Shown here one piece after another: positions 13,763 to 26,846 of a DNA stretch of 64,000 nt (its first letter is position 1; every line of letters starts with the position of its first letter). The notes under the pieces were generated by a model. That model ran no database searches. It was not told the origin of the DNA and saw only the letters and a program-made list of their open reading frames with translations. Source of the stretch: Phaeosaccion multiseriatum (lineage: Eukaryota; Protista; Ochrophyta, other classes); contig OZ218951.1 in assembly GCA_965112735.1 (NCBI GenBank), positions 3,534,001 to 3,598,000 of the forward strand, in the 5' to 3' direction. A program made the translations under genes and the position numbers.

Positions 13763-16700
13763 TCGCTGACACTCTCTCCCCCCCCGTACGCCGCTGAGAC
13801 CCTTCCACTGCCATCCTCACCGCCACCGCCCCTAAAGTCGGCAGCACCCTCCCACTGCCCAGATTGCCCGGACTGCCTCTGCCTCTTGCTCGAGACTCCC
13901 TGGGCCAGCAGAGCCGCATCGGCGCGGGGCGTGGACATGGTCAGAAGCGCCACCCTGGTGTGCGTCACATGAAAGCCCACCTTTCCGTGCAGCAAGGCCC
14001 GCATGGAGTCCCACCAAGACAGCGCAAAAGCACCCACGGGGGGCCGCTTCAAAGCCCCCAAAGGCCCCAACGCCCCACCCCCCGAAGGCAAAGGCCACTC
14101 AGACCCTCGTTGTCCTCCTCCTCTTACGCCTCCGCCGCTCTCCTTCTCCTCTCCGTCCTCCCCCTCCTCCTCACTGCTCTGCGTATCACCAACACCCCCC
14201 CCACGACCGACTCGCCCCAGCCACTTGTCCTGCCCGCAAGAGGGGGGAAAGAGGCGGTGCACCGCAAGCGCAACCTCCTCCAGCGCGAGCACGCAGTCCA
14301 GATCGAAGCTCACAGATGGCGCCTGCACGTGCACCGTCACGTCCATGTAGAGCTTGGGCGGCAGGGAGGCATGGCGGACACCGACAGCGGCGAGATCGAT
14401 CACCGCCCCAGCAGATGCGCAGTGATAATGATGGTGATGATGAGGGCGATACCCACTCCCACTCTCCCCAGAGCCTTGCTGTGTAGAGCCTTGCGTTTGC
14501 TGCGGAAGAGGAGAAGGAGGAGGCCCTGTGACGACCATCCCCCCCACCCCCCCAGCCCCCGCCCTCACCGCGACCCTGACCCTCTCGAGTGTGTGCAGGG
14601 CGGTGGGTGCGCCGGGCACGGCAAGCAGCACGTTGCCACTGAGCCGCAGAGCCGGGCACAAGAGAAGCGGCTGCTCAAAGCGCCGCAGCTGCACCCGCAA
14701 GCCGCCCACCTCAACGCCGCGTACGGTACACACAGTGAGGGAGGCAAACACGGCCTCTGCAGGAGGGGGGTGTTCGTCCAAGTCTCTGAGCATTCTCCTT
14801 GCTACAGCGTCAGCGTCGTCACCGTGTGCCGTGACTCCTCCGGCCCTGCTGCTGCTGCTGCTGCTGCTGGCAACTTCCAGGGAGACGTTCAAGCTCGACA
14901 TGCAGCATGATAAGAGGTTGCCCCTGACTCCTCCTCCTCCTCCTCCTCCTCCTCCTCCTCCTCCTCCTCCTCCTCCTCGAGCAAGAGAGCGTGACGCGCG
15001 CTGCACATACGACACAGCGTCGTGCGCGCATGAGTCGGCCCACTGCTGCTGCCCCTGGCCATAGGACTGCTGCCCCTGGCCATAGGACTGCTGCTGAAGC
15101 TGCTGGCTGCGGAAGACCCGCTTGTCGAGTTCGCTGACCCAGAGGGGCCTCACGAGCTCTAGCCAAGCTTCCATGGGGTCGTCAAGCAACTTCATTTCCA
15201 CTTGGCGGGCTTGCAGCCTCAGTAGACTCTTGCCCCCTCCCTGTCCCTGTCCTCCTGGTGCTGGGGTGGGGAGGGCCACTGCGGGGGGTGGCTTCCAGAA
15301 GAGCAGGTCGAAGTCCGACGAAGGTTTGGGGTGCCATGTGCCTGTCGTCAGCCAAAAAGAAGGAACAACAATAAGAGGAAGGACACAACAACAACAGCAG
15401 CAGCAGTAGCAGCAGTAACGACAAGAACAGCATCAGCGTAAGAGAGAGGTGCTGTGGCAACGTAGGCAGAACATAATGAAGCGAAGATCAAACTTTTGAG
15501 TGTTGCGTGAGAAGAGAGAGAGAGAGAGAGAGAGAAGAGGCGCGCAGTACTTCCCAAGCACGGCACCAAACAGTAAACACCAAACACACACAAGCACACA
15601 CACGCACTTACCTGGGAGAGCCTTGAATGCCTCTACGAAGCCCCTTGCCTGCACCGCCAAAGCCTCCAAGACGCTTGCAACGTAGAACTCATGTTCAACC
15701 GTTACACAACAGCCCCCCGTGCTCACGAGGAAGCCTGCCCGCTGGAGAGAGAACGCCTTGAGGAGTTGGGCATCGTGAGGCCCCAAGAGCTCCAAGAGTG
15801 TGGCCCACTCTGTCTCCGTGCTGCCACACGCGTGCGAGCGGAGCAAGAGCTCGTTGAAACATGGCCCCGCAAAACGCCCCACCCCCCGCCTCCCCCCTCT
15901 CTCCCCTCTACCGAGCCCTTCCCCTTCCCCTTCCCCTCCCCTTTCCCCTTCGAGGATCATGCTCTGGAAGGCACCTTGTCGCACGGTCAAAAGCTCTCTC
16001 CCCTGCAGCTCCAGCCGCAGGCCCTCGGCCCCAAAGTCTTGCCCCAGACTCCTGCTGGTGAAGGCCTCCACAGCCAGCACGGCAGTCAGCTGCTCGGCGG
16101 TCTGCTCTTCGCGCTGTCGCAAGTCCGTCTCCTCCTCCTCCTCCTCCTCCTCCTCCCCGCTCGCTGCGGTTGACACTCCTCCTGCCCCTGCCCTTTGGCT
16201 GGCCCTTACCCTTGTCCTTCCCCTCGCCGCCGAGCCTGCCCCTCGCCGGTTCTTGTTGGCGCAGACGGTAGTGCCCACTCGCTCTGGCCAGCTGGCCTCT
16301 ATGCGCACATCCCTCACTCGCAGCCTCTGCAGTGCATCCCCCGACGCGCTACTGCACACCCCAGCACCTCCACCTCCCGCCTCCCAGTGCCGCAGCCAGT
16401 AGCGGAGCGCCTCTGGCTCCGTCAAGGGGGGATTCTTCCTTATGCTCTTCCTCTCACTCTTGACCATCTCTTGCCCTTGCCCTTGCCCTTGCTCCTTCAT
16501 CAATGTCGCCGGCTCCACCCCCCCCATCCCCCCAGTGCGGGAGAGAGAGTGAGCGTGTGAGTGTAGCCCCCCGACGCGGCGTCGCCTTACGGCCGCCAGC
16601 AAGAGCCAGGTGGAGAGAGTGACGTCTCTGGACACTTTGAGTATGTTGAGCATCACAGCTGGCGTCCACGTCCCTCTCACCCCCGCCGCCAACACGTCAA

Positions 16701-19700
16701 GCAAACGCTGCCTGTCGTAGCCCGAGCCACTGTCAAGCAGACCCCGCCCGTCGTCACAGCCCTTCCTGCCGCCCCCGGTGGGTCGCGTCTCCAGCTCCGT
16801 GGTACTGAAGGCATCCACGCGAAGGTAAGGGGCACCTCTTGCGGCAGGAGGGTGTCGTGTGGTCACAATTGGATGGTGTATAGCCGCCTCGTGGGAGGCA
16901 GAACCGGCAGAACGCAAGCCTAAGCCGCCGGAGAACTGCACAAACTTCGCCCCTCCGTAGCCGCACGTGTAGGCAGTGAGGCGGCGGGCGCTAAAGCAAG
17001 TCATTGGGAGGTAAGATGGCACCGTAGCGCTAGCTGGTCTCCTTCGTCTCCTCCGGGTGGGAGAGTGCGCCGCCGCATCCTCCTCCCTCCCCCCTTCTTG
17101 CTGCTCCTCCACCGCCTCGTTCAAGGTCAGCACGACCTCTTCAATGCTCACCAGCTGACACCTCCACACTTGCTCTCCCTTCTGTGAGCCCTCTGAGAAG
17201 GCGGCCAGCCAGTCTTGCACGGCACTCACCTCCAGCTGTCCCATATCAAGGCCCAAGTGGCAGGGAAACTCCACCTTGACGTGTCTTGCTCGCAAGGACA
17301 AGACTGTCAGGACGGAGTTACAGCACCCGAGGAAGAACGCAGCCCTCCCCTTGTCATCGTGGTCGTCGAGAGGAGGAAGTAGAGGGGCAGCCATCATTCT
17401 CTCTCCCGCAGCATCTGCAGCAGCATCTGCCTGTGTCTGTGGGGGGGTGCGCCCTTCTCCTCGCCCTTGTCCTTGTCCTTGCTCTTGTCGGTTCAGGGGT
17501 GGCGCAAAGTGAGTAAGCGGATGGAGCCCCTCTGTGGTGTCTGTGGCGGCGAGGAAGCCCGCCTGAATCAAGCTCTCGGTGACCATGCAAGTGCAGTGAA
17601 TGCCCACAAAGCTCAGTGCAGGGGTACATTCCGCCCACAGACCCGCAGGCACGTCCATTCGCATCTTGACCCTTGACCCTTCTCCTCTCCCTCGCCCTCC
17701 CCCCCGTTTCCCTTCTTCTTCTCCTTCCCCTTCCGTGCTGGTGCTGGAAAAGGCTCCGTGGGGTACTCCCGTGGACAACCGCACGAGAGGAATGCGCACA
17801 CACGGGACTCGCTGTCGCCGCCGCTTCCTCTGTCCCCTCTGTCCAGGCAGAAGAAGCGCTGGACTGTGGCGTGGTGCCGACGACCCGCTTGCCTCCTCCT
17901 CTGGCGCTGGTTCGGTATCTGTCGCCTCGCTGTCCCCCCCACCGTCGTCAGACCGCCCCCCCTGCTGTTGCCCCGCCCCCAGAACGGAGTCTTCAATCTC
18001 GAGCTCGATAACCACATCAGTCAACGATAAGCCCAACCCGCTGTCACCTCCGCTCCTGATGCCTTCCTCTTCCCCTCCTCCCACCACAGCCCTGACGCCT
18101 CCCCATCGAACCGCTGCTGTAGCAAGTACAAGCCCCTCCTCCTCATCCGTCGCCTCCGTGTGGTCGACCGCTCCGCCCTTGGCAACAGCACCGGCACTCG
18201 CCGTCCCACCCCTTCCTTTACTCGTCATGCGCACCCCCCCGGGCTCCATCTGGACATCAATGTACACCCCTAACGCCCCCAGAGAGCCCTGAGATACCCC
18301 TCCTCCTCCTCCTCCTCCTCCTCCTCCTCCACCACCACTCCATCCCCCCCCAGTGAAGAAGCTCCCCCCTACTTGAGTAAGGGCGAGAGCGAAGTCCAGC
18401 ACGTCTCTAACGACGGTCAGCTGCAGAGAGCCAACTGTTCCGGAAACACGCACGCCTCGACATGGACCATGCAATGGTATCATCATCTCCCCTGCAGCTG
18501 CTCTTCGCGGCAAGGTCAGAGTGAGAGCCCAGCCCGACAGCCGAGCCGGGATGTGAGGCAGCGGCAGTCTCCCACCCACGACCTCGTCCCCCCTTTCCTC
18601 CTCCCCCTCGTCCCTCTCGTCCCCTCTCTCTCTCTCCCTCTTCCTCCCACTACCTGACACATCCCCACCGCCATAGCCGGAGCTGCTTGGCGTAGCGAGC
18701 ATCACCTGATGACAACCGAAGCACACACGGTGTGGTGATGGACCCTCGTCCTCTTCGTGCCCCAGATCATGGCGGTCTCCCTTCACCAAGGCACGAGATT
18801 CGGATCTCAGAAAAAGTGCTTCCGCAGTAACAACGAGTAAGCTCCTCCTCTGTGCTTGGTCCGGCCTCCTCCTCCTCCCCCGCCGCCTCCTGTCCAGGTA
18901 ATTAGTACCGCCAGGGTCTTGCGTGTCTGTTGCTGTCCCTCCCTCGCTACGTAGCCCTGCGGCTGGGCGCCCCTTGTTGCCCAGGTCGAGCTCGAGCTGC
19001 AATGCGTCCACTGTAACGTCCACCTCGTCCAAATCAATCCAACCCAGCGCAACCCATGCCGCCGCCCGCCGGGTACATTCAATTGAAGGAGGAGGAGGAG
19101 GAGGAGGAGAAGAGTCCGTCCTCGCATAAGGAGCGGCAGCAGCTGGAGCCTGACATCCAGTAGCTAGTGACCCCGCCAATGCGTTGACAAGGTCTCGGAC
19201 GCTATCGAGGTCACTACAAGTAAGCTCCAAGCGCGCTGGACAGATATGAATGCCGACCTTCAATCCCTGTTGCTTCTCCCCCAACCCTCCACCCTGCTCC
19301 ACAGGCTGCCTGAGTCGCAATCGCAGGCCCGCAGCGGTGTCCCCACCCCCCCGCAGCAAGTGAAGTCCAGCCTCAGACTCAGACTCACTGGCCACGACTA
19401 GTGCATCCCCAGCAGTTGGGGTGCGCGGTAGCCCGAGTAACGGGCCCGCGCACGGGGTCAAGTCCAAGTTGAGGTAGACCCCGACCAACCCACTCTGCGC
19501 ATCCCTACTCGCCCCAATCCCAATGTCCGCTGTCTCGAAGCGCAATACAGGCGCAGCCAAGCTCGGATCCGCCTCTTGCTCAGGCTCCGTGTGCTGCCGC
19601 CGCTCGGAGTCGCCACAGCAATGGAGTTGCACGGTGGCGGCATGGAGGGCTATATCAACACTCACCATCCGAAGTAGCCATCGAATGGGCCAGGACAAGG

Positions 19701-20374
19701 CAAGCGGGGTGGCATTATCCACGTTCCACCGCCCCAGCCCCCCTTCCTCAAGCCACCTCTTCGCCCTGTCAATAACCTTCTCCGGCGCCTCAGGGCCTCC
19801 TCCTGCTTCTGCTCCTGCCCGTTCATTCGGTACAGCTGTACTGGCTTGGAGCTGCAGGTGGAGCTGCCTCACGCGAATGCGGCAGAGTCCAACCTTGCCT
19901 CCACTAAAGACGAGATCGCTCAAAATATTAACTCTAACGGAGCCCACACTTTGTTGCGCCCCGCCACGACTGCCTTGTCGCTCACGCCTCAAACCAAGCA
20001 GAAGGCCAGGGGCCACCCGAACAGATGTAGGTGTTGAATCTGCCGCACGGGAGGAGAAAGAGCGAGGGGCAGCACGAATTGAGTTTGTCATCGGAAAGGA
20101 AGGGCGCTGGGAATGTGCCATCCGTACCGACTGCTTCCCTATTTGACGCAGATATCTCAGGCGGGCACCCAGTCTCCGCCGCGGAGTGGTAGCGCAGGAA
20201 CCGGCGCAGCTTGACAGTTAGGTACAGGCTGGCGAGCTCGGTGAGGAGGGCGCAGGCAATCGTTCCCCACACTGCCGCCTTTAGCGGCCCCGCCAACAGC
20301 CCTGGAAACAGCCCGACCAGAAGTATCCAAGGAAGAATAGCAGCTGCCACCGCTGCCGCCTGCCAAGGAGGCAT
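3021..20374 (-). CDS. Very large bridge-like lipid transfer protein, BLTP2/KIAA0100/FMP27/Hobbit/SABRE-like, multi-exon
   Basis: N-terminal hydrophobic anchor (ORF 19982-20374) and long exons 15433-20121 and 10756-15279. Family-like motifs LLDDPMEAWLEL, LPPKLYMDV and LSWWDSMRALLHGK. C-terminal Apt1-like block VRLGEVNVITSYGG...NLHVKIHPLIYSNKVWTVRRLLVKMRRDIIVDFLGQ spliced to VSRNFSNIG. Confidence 0.8.
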
Positions 20375-20735
20375 GCTCCAGCAACAAGTTTGGTTCGTCG
20401 GATCGGTCGAGCGAGGAGGAAGGCAGTGGATGGGTGTTGTACGGTTTCGTTTTTTTCAAACTTTCGCTCTCGAGAAGCAGCCCCTTCGCAAAAAGCGGGC
20501 TTGGGAGGAAGGGAAAGCCACCAAGGTCAACAAAAAATCGCAGCCGCAGCGGTAGCACATGGCCTGAAGGAATGCACTGCTACCTGCTGGACTACCGCGA
20601 GGCCTTTCGTAGTGTGCGAGAATCGGGGGCCACCAAGGGAAAAGGGCGCCAGCGATGGGCACCATGACTTGCCGGAAGAAGTGGGCCTGGTGAGGGAGGG
20701 GCGGCTTGCTGAGTGGGAGTCGAGAGGCCGGGACC

Positions 20736-23700
20736 ATGCCTCCACTCACCGTCGTTGGGAGCGCTAAGATGTACGCCACAAAGGTGACAGACAAGGTCCG
20801 GCAAGGCCCTCCTGTCTTGTCACGAGGAGTATGGTCATCCAGGAAGTACAATGATGTTGGCTCTCGGTCGAATGGACCGGCCAGCACACTGCAGTCTTCG
20901 TGGGTGGCAAAGCTGGACGTCTTCATGGACTCAAAGTACGTCCACCTCCCCTTTTTCATATTCATCCACATTTCCGCCCTACAGAGGCCGAGTCCCTTCC
21001 TGCCGTTGTTCCTTGTCCCTCTCTCTTACTTTTCACTCCTCGTTTCCCGCCTCCCTGTCTCTCACGTCTCACACCTCATTTCCCGAAAACACACACACGC
21101 TGTTTCTGGTCCACGCTTTCCTCCACAGCATCTATCTACAGTTCTTCTTGGCCGTCTTGCTGCTCTCCTCTCTCTTCCTCCCCGATGTGTGGATCCTCGG
21201 CAACGTGAGCAGCTCGCACGACATGGAGCTCAACGTGCTGCTCGTTGTGATCTTCATATGCTTTGCCTTTGAGGTTGTGGTGCTCTCGCTGTGCCATAAG
21301 GGATACTTCGGCAGCTTTTTCTTCTGGGCTGATGTGTTAGGGACAGCTTCCGTGCTGCTAGATACGCCTTGGATTGCGGGAAACATCTTTCTCAGTTCAG
21401 GTACGATGCGTGGGAGGGAGTGGGGGGGCGGGGGGGGGGAGAGGTGAATGGAGGAGGAGGAAGTACCTGGAAACCTGCCTGTCGTAGCACAAGGAACGAA
21501 AAGAATGGAGACGCCCTTGTCTTTGAGCGCAACCGTCCGTCCATCCTTCCGTCGCAGAGGTGGCATCAGGGGTTCTCTTGCGGATAGCGAGGACGGCAAA
21601 GGTCAGCGCCCGCTCGAGCCGGCTGGCCAAGCTAACGCGTCTGTTCAGATACGTCAGCATACGGCGGGAAAGGGGGAAGATGAAGGCCCGCTCAGCAGCG
21701 CAGGTGGTGCCTGTAGAAGCCGCCCCGGAGCCAGAGGCGACCACTTACAAACGAGGCAGCATCGGCCGGAGACCGCGCGACAGCGTCACCCGCAGAAGCA
21801 ATAAGACTACAGAACCGCAGAATGCTCCTGCGGGGGGGGTAGGAGCAGGGCCTTCTGGTGGAAGCTCGACCGAGGTGGGTGTCGCTGAGCGCGAAATGAA
21901 GCGAATGGGGACATCTCCATCTGTACCGTGCTTTGTTCGAATCACGTGCTTCCCTTCCTTCCTTCCTTCCGGGCCGCCGAATGTGTTTCGATTCGGGTCT
22001 TCTTCTCACCGTAGCTCTCCACTCACCTCGCCTCACCTCCACTCCACTCCAGATGGCAACATCAAAGGTATCGAGCATACTGTCCAAGAAAATCGCTGCC
22101 CTGGCGCTGCTGCTCGTCTTCGTGATCCCTCTGCTAGATCCGCTACGGTCCTTCAACAGCCCTCAGGTTCGTACAAGAGGGAGGGAGGCCGACAGAGGCT
22201 TTCATCTCTTGCCCCTTGCCCCTTGATCCTCCATTCGACTCTCGTTCTTCTAGCTCTCTCTCTGACGTGTTCCTGACGGTCACACCCGGAGTGCAATGCG
22301 ATGATGCCGTAATTCCCCACCTCTCCTTTCGTTCTGACACGCTCTCTCTTCCTCTCTGTCGTGTTGTGTGTGCAATACACACCATCACCAACAGGCGTGG
22401 TTAGACAGCTTCGACACCGTGGCCGAGCCCGGCCAAGCAGAAGCAAGCCTCATCGCCGCGCAGGTCGAGGCCTTTGAGGGTTTCTATGACGACATGGACA
22501 TTAGCCCTCTCAGCCTGAGCATCAGCGGGGCAGCTGGTGGGGATTGGACCTTCCCCCCCCTGCGCAGCATCATAAGGGAGGACAATGTGCTCGTCTTCAC
22601 CAGTGACTTATGTAGAGCGGAGTTTGACTTTACCGAAATCCGCATGGCGTCCAGCCTCAGCTCGCTGCTGACCGTCCTCCTGGTGGTGGTGGTGCTAATG
22701 GGCTTCTCCGTGTCGCTCAACCGAGTGGTGGAGCGGCACGTTGTGGAGCCGGTGTCCCGCATGCTCAACAGTCTCAAGGTGTCTCTCAGCACCATTAGCT
22801 CCAACTTTAAGGCGCTCGACCTCTTCTCACACGAGGAGGGAGAGGGACCCGTGCATGAAGAGGATGAGGCGCTTGACGTCTTGCTCGAGAGCGGCCACTT
22901 GGAAGGTGAGGGAGGAAGGGAGAGAGGGAGGGGGGAGGGTGGGGCTGCCTAGCTACCTTTGGGTAAGCGTAGCAAGGGCGTGCGCGTTAGAGACAGAAGG
23001 CTTCCTGTTGTACTGGAGGAAGGAGACTGAGTAGCCCGCTTTGTTCCTCCTCGCCCGCTTCTGTCTGTCAGCCGCCATTGAGAGGCTCGCGAGCTTGATT
23101 GCGCACCGCGTGGAGACGAGCAACACGGACGGCATGACGGACCTGGACAACGCCACCAAGGAGTGGATAGGCATGACTTACATGCACGGCCAGACGCAGG
23201 GACAGGGGCAGCCTGCCGATGGGAGGAAGACAATTGTACGTACGGCAGACAGAGATAAAACAAATGGGGATGGAAAGGGGTATGGACATGTAGGCCCTTT
23301 TCCATGGGCCAATTGCACGCACACAATGCACACACAGAAGATGGACTGGCAGACCGACCCAACGAACGCTCCAATTCACCGCTCCCCCCTTTCTCCCCTC
23401 CCTCTGTTCTCTCCTCCCTCCCCTCTCTCATCTCTCCTCCTTCCCATCCCCTCTCCCCTCTTCCCTCCTTCTCCCATCCGGTGGTCAACCACACCCACAG
23501 CTCTCTAGCAGAGTATCAGAGGGTGTCTTGAGCGCAAGTGGCAGCAAAGACTTTTTGTCCTTGTCGCAGCGCTCCTCCACGGGAGACTTGAAGGCCGTCA
23601 TAGAGGCGAACGACAAGGACGGGGTGGTTGTGAAGGAGATTAGTAGCTTTGAGATCATGCTCTCATCTGCGGAGTACAGGGAGATGCAGACGTGGCAGTT

Positions 23701-26700
23701 CAACCCCCTCAGGCTCAAAGCAAGCAAGGTGGGTATGTGTTTAGTATGTGTGTGTGTGTGTGTGTGTGTGTCCGGTGGGGTGGAGGGAGAGTGCGATGTA
23801 GGGCCTTCCTGCCCTGCCTGATGCCGATATCTACTTGCCTGCCTGCCTGCCTCGTCCCCATACTCCTGTCTGCCTGCGTACACGCCTGCTTGCCCATACG
23901 CCAATATGCCTGCCGGCCTTTGCCTCGATAGCGCCCTTCCGCCCGTCGTGTTATCCCTGCCACTTGGACACCCACACCTTTTGCCTCACACCTCACACCT
24001 CACACCTCACACCTCACACCTCACATCTCATACCTCACACCCACACCTCACACCTCACGCCCACACCTTGCCTCACACCTTTTGCCTCACACCTCACACC
24101 TCACACCTCACACCTCACACCTCACATCTCATACCTCACACCCACACCTCACACCTCACGCCCACACCTTGCCTCACACCTTTTGCCTCACACCTCACAC
24201 CTCACACCTCACACCTTACACCTCACACCTCACACCTCACACCTCACACCTCACATCTCATACCTCACAACCACACCTCACACCTCACACCCACACCTTG
24301 CCTCACACCTTTTGCCTCACACCTCACACCTCACACCTCACACCTCACACCTCACACCTCACACCTCACACCTCACACCTCACACCTCACACCTCACACC
24401 TCACACCTCACATCTCATACCTCACAACCACACCTCACACCTCACACCCACACCTTGCCTCACACCTTTTGCCCCACACCTCACACCTCACACCTCACAC
24501 CTCACACCTTATCTTACCTTCGCTTTCCTCACCTTCCCTCAGTTGATCGACACGGTGCTGGCGATGTTCCAATCCCGCGGCGTCCTTGATCTGTACTGCA
24601 CGCCCGAGACCTTGGCGCGTTTCATGCAAGAGGTCCAGGTGGGTTAGGGAGGGGGAGAGAGAGGGGGGGAGGGGGGAAGGGAGGGAGAGAGAGAGAGAGA
24701 GGGGGGGGGGGGAGGGAGGGAGGGAGGGAGGAAGGGAGGGAGGGAGGGAGGGAGGGAGGGAGGGAGGGAGGGAGGGAGGGAGGGAGGGAGGGAGGGAGGG
24801 AGGGAGGGAGGGAGGGAGGGAGAGAGGGAGGGAGCGGAGAGCGGGAGGGAGGGAGGGGAGAGCGGGAGGGGAGGGGAAGGAGGAAGGAAGGAAGAATGGG
24901 TACAGGTGGGTTGGTTGGGTCATTAGTCACCTTCAAGGGACAGTGCATTGCTGCGGGGCCTCCATGCGTTTTGTGTGTGCGTGTGTGTGAGAGAGAGAGA
25001 GAGAGAGAGTGTGTGTTTGAGTTCGGTCGATTTCAGGAGGAGCTCCGGCGCTCTGACATTTTCTCACACCCCTCTCCCCTCCCCCCTCTCCCCTCTCTCC
25101 TCTCTCCTCTCCCCTCATCGCATATCACAGGCTGGCTACCTGAACAACCCATACCACAACTTCCTCCACGCCATCGACGTGTGCCACGCGTGCTACAGAT
25201 TCATACAGATATGCAATTGCGCTCAGGTAGGTTGGCACTGAGCACACACACACACACACACACATACACATACACATACACATGCAAGGAGAGAGGAAGA
25301 GAGGAGAGGGCGTGGCGTACGGTACACACACCACACATGCACACACACTAGGGAAGAGCAATCAAGAGGCAGGAAGGGAGCGAGAGGGTGTGCGTGTTCC
25401 TCTCTCTATACAACAGAGCAAAGATACCCCCACACACACGCGAATGCATGCCTTGTGACTGGGGGTTGCGCGAAAGGCACTGCCCATCACCCTTGGAGTG
25501 AAGTTGAGTCGCGAGAACCGACCTGACCGCCTTCACCACCCCACCCTACCTCTCCCCTCTCCCCTCTCCCCTCTACTCAGCTCCTCTCCACGGTGGACGT
25601 GTTTAGTCTGCTTGTGGCCGCGATAGGACACGACATCGGACACTTCGGACTCAACAAGTACGTCAGCAAAGCACCACCACTCCATCCACGCGAGGGACTC
25701 GGACTGCTCCGACATCGTACTAATCGAACCACTCCATCCCCCTCCCCCCTTTCTCCTTCCCCCGCCCCTCCTCCCTCGGCCCCACCCCTCTTCTCTTGGC
25801 CCCACTTACTCGTTAGTCCCTACTTGGTGACTACGAAGCACGAGCTCGCGCTGCTACACAACGACGTGTCTCCCCTGGAGAATATGCACTGCAGCACTCT
25901 GTATAAGGTAAGGGGAGAAAAGATATCCGCCATTCCCACACACACACACGTACGCACACATACACGCAAAAGCACACAAACACGCAAAAGCGCATATGCA
26001 AACACACATGCACGCACGCATGCACACTTACTTACATACTTACTTTCACACGCACCTACCCACACATTTCCTTCCCTCCTTCCTTCCTTCCTTCCTTCCT
26101 TCCTTCCTTCTTTCCTTCCTTCCTTCCTTCCTTCCTCCCTCCCTCCCTCCCTTCCTTCCTTCCTTCTTTCCCTACTTCCCAGGTGGTACGCGACAAAAAG
26201 GCGGACATCTTTGAGTTGATGGCAGCCGACGAGTGGCAGGAGTCGCGCAAAATCATCATCACGTGCATACTTGGCACCGACATGAGCCATCACTTCAGCC
26301 AAATCAACAGAGCCACCATCTTCTTTGACGTCAATCAAGAAGAGCTGGCCTCTCTCCATGCGGGAGAAGAGGTGGCGGAGGAGCTAGGTGAGACAGAGAG
26401 CAATGACTCGGATTCCTGGAGGAGGAAGAGCAGCAACAGCAACAGCAGAAGGAGGAGGAGGAGGAGGAGGAGGAGGAGGAGGAGGAGGAGAAGGAGGAGG
26501 AGGAGGAGGAGGAGGAGGAGGAGGAGGAGGAGGAGGAGGAGGAGGAGGAGGAGGAGGAGGAGGAGGAGGAGGAGGAGGAGGAGGAGGAGGAGGAGGAGGA
26601 GGAGGAGGAGGAGGAGGAGGAGGAGGAGGAGGAGGAGGAGGAGGAGGAGGAGGAGGAGGAGGAGGAGGAGAAAGAGGAGGAGGAGGAGGGGGAAGAGGAG

Positions 26701-26761
26701 GAGAAAGAGGAGGAGGAGGAGGGGGAAGAGGAGGAGTAGTAGTAGTAGTAGTAGTAGTAGC

Positions 26762-26802
<41 letters not shown>

Positions 26803-26811
26803 GAGGAGGAG

Positions 26812-26846
<35 letters not shown>

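Noticed and set aside
3344-20146. Numerous + strand ORFs opposite the BLTP2-like gene
   Set aside because: They are shadow frames of GC-rich, low-complexity coding sequence and lack family motifs.
23835-24647. HLTPHTS repeat protein or interstitial telomere
   Set aside because: It is an intronic heptamer array, and the unit TGTGAGG is not a recognised algal telomere repeat.
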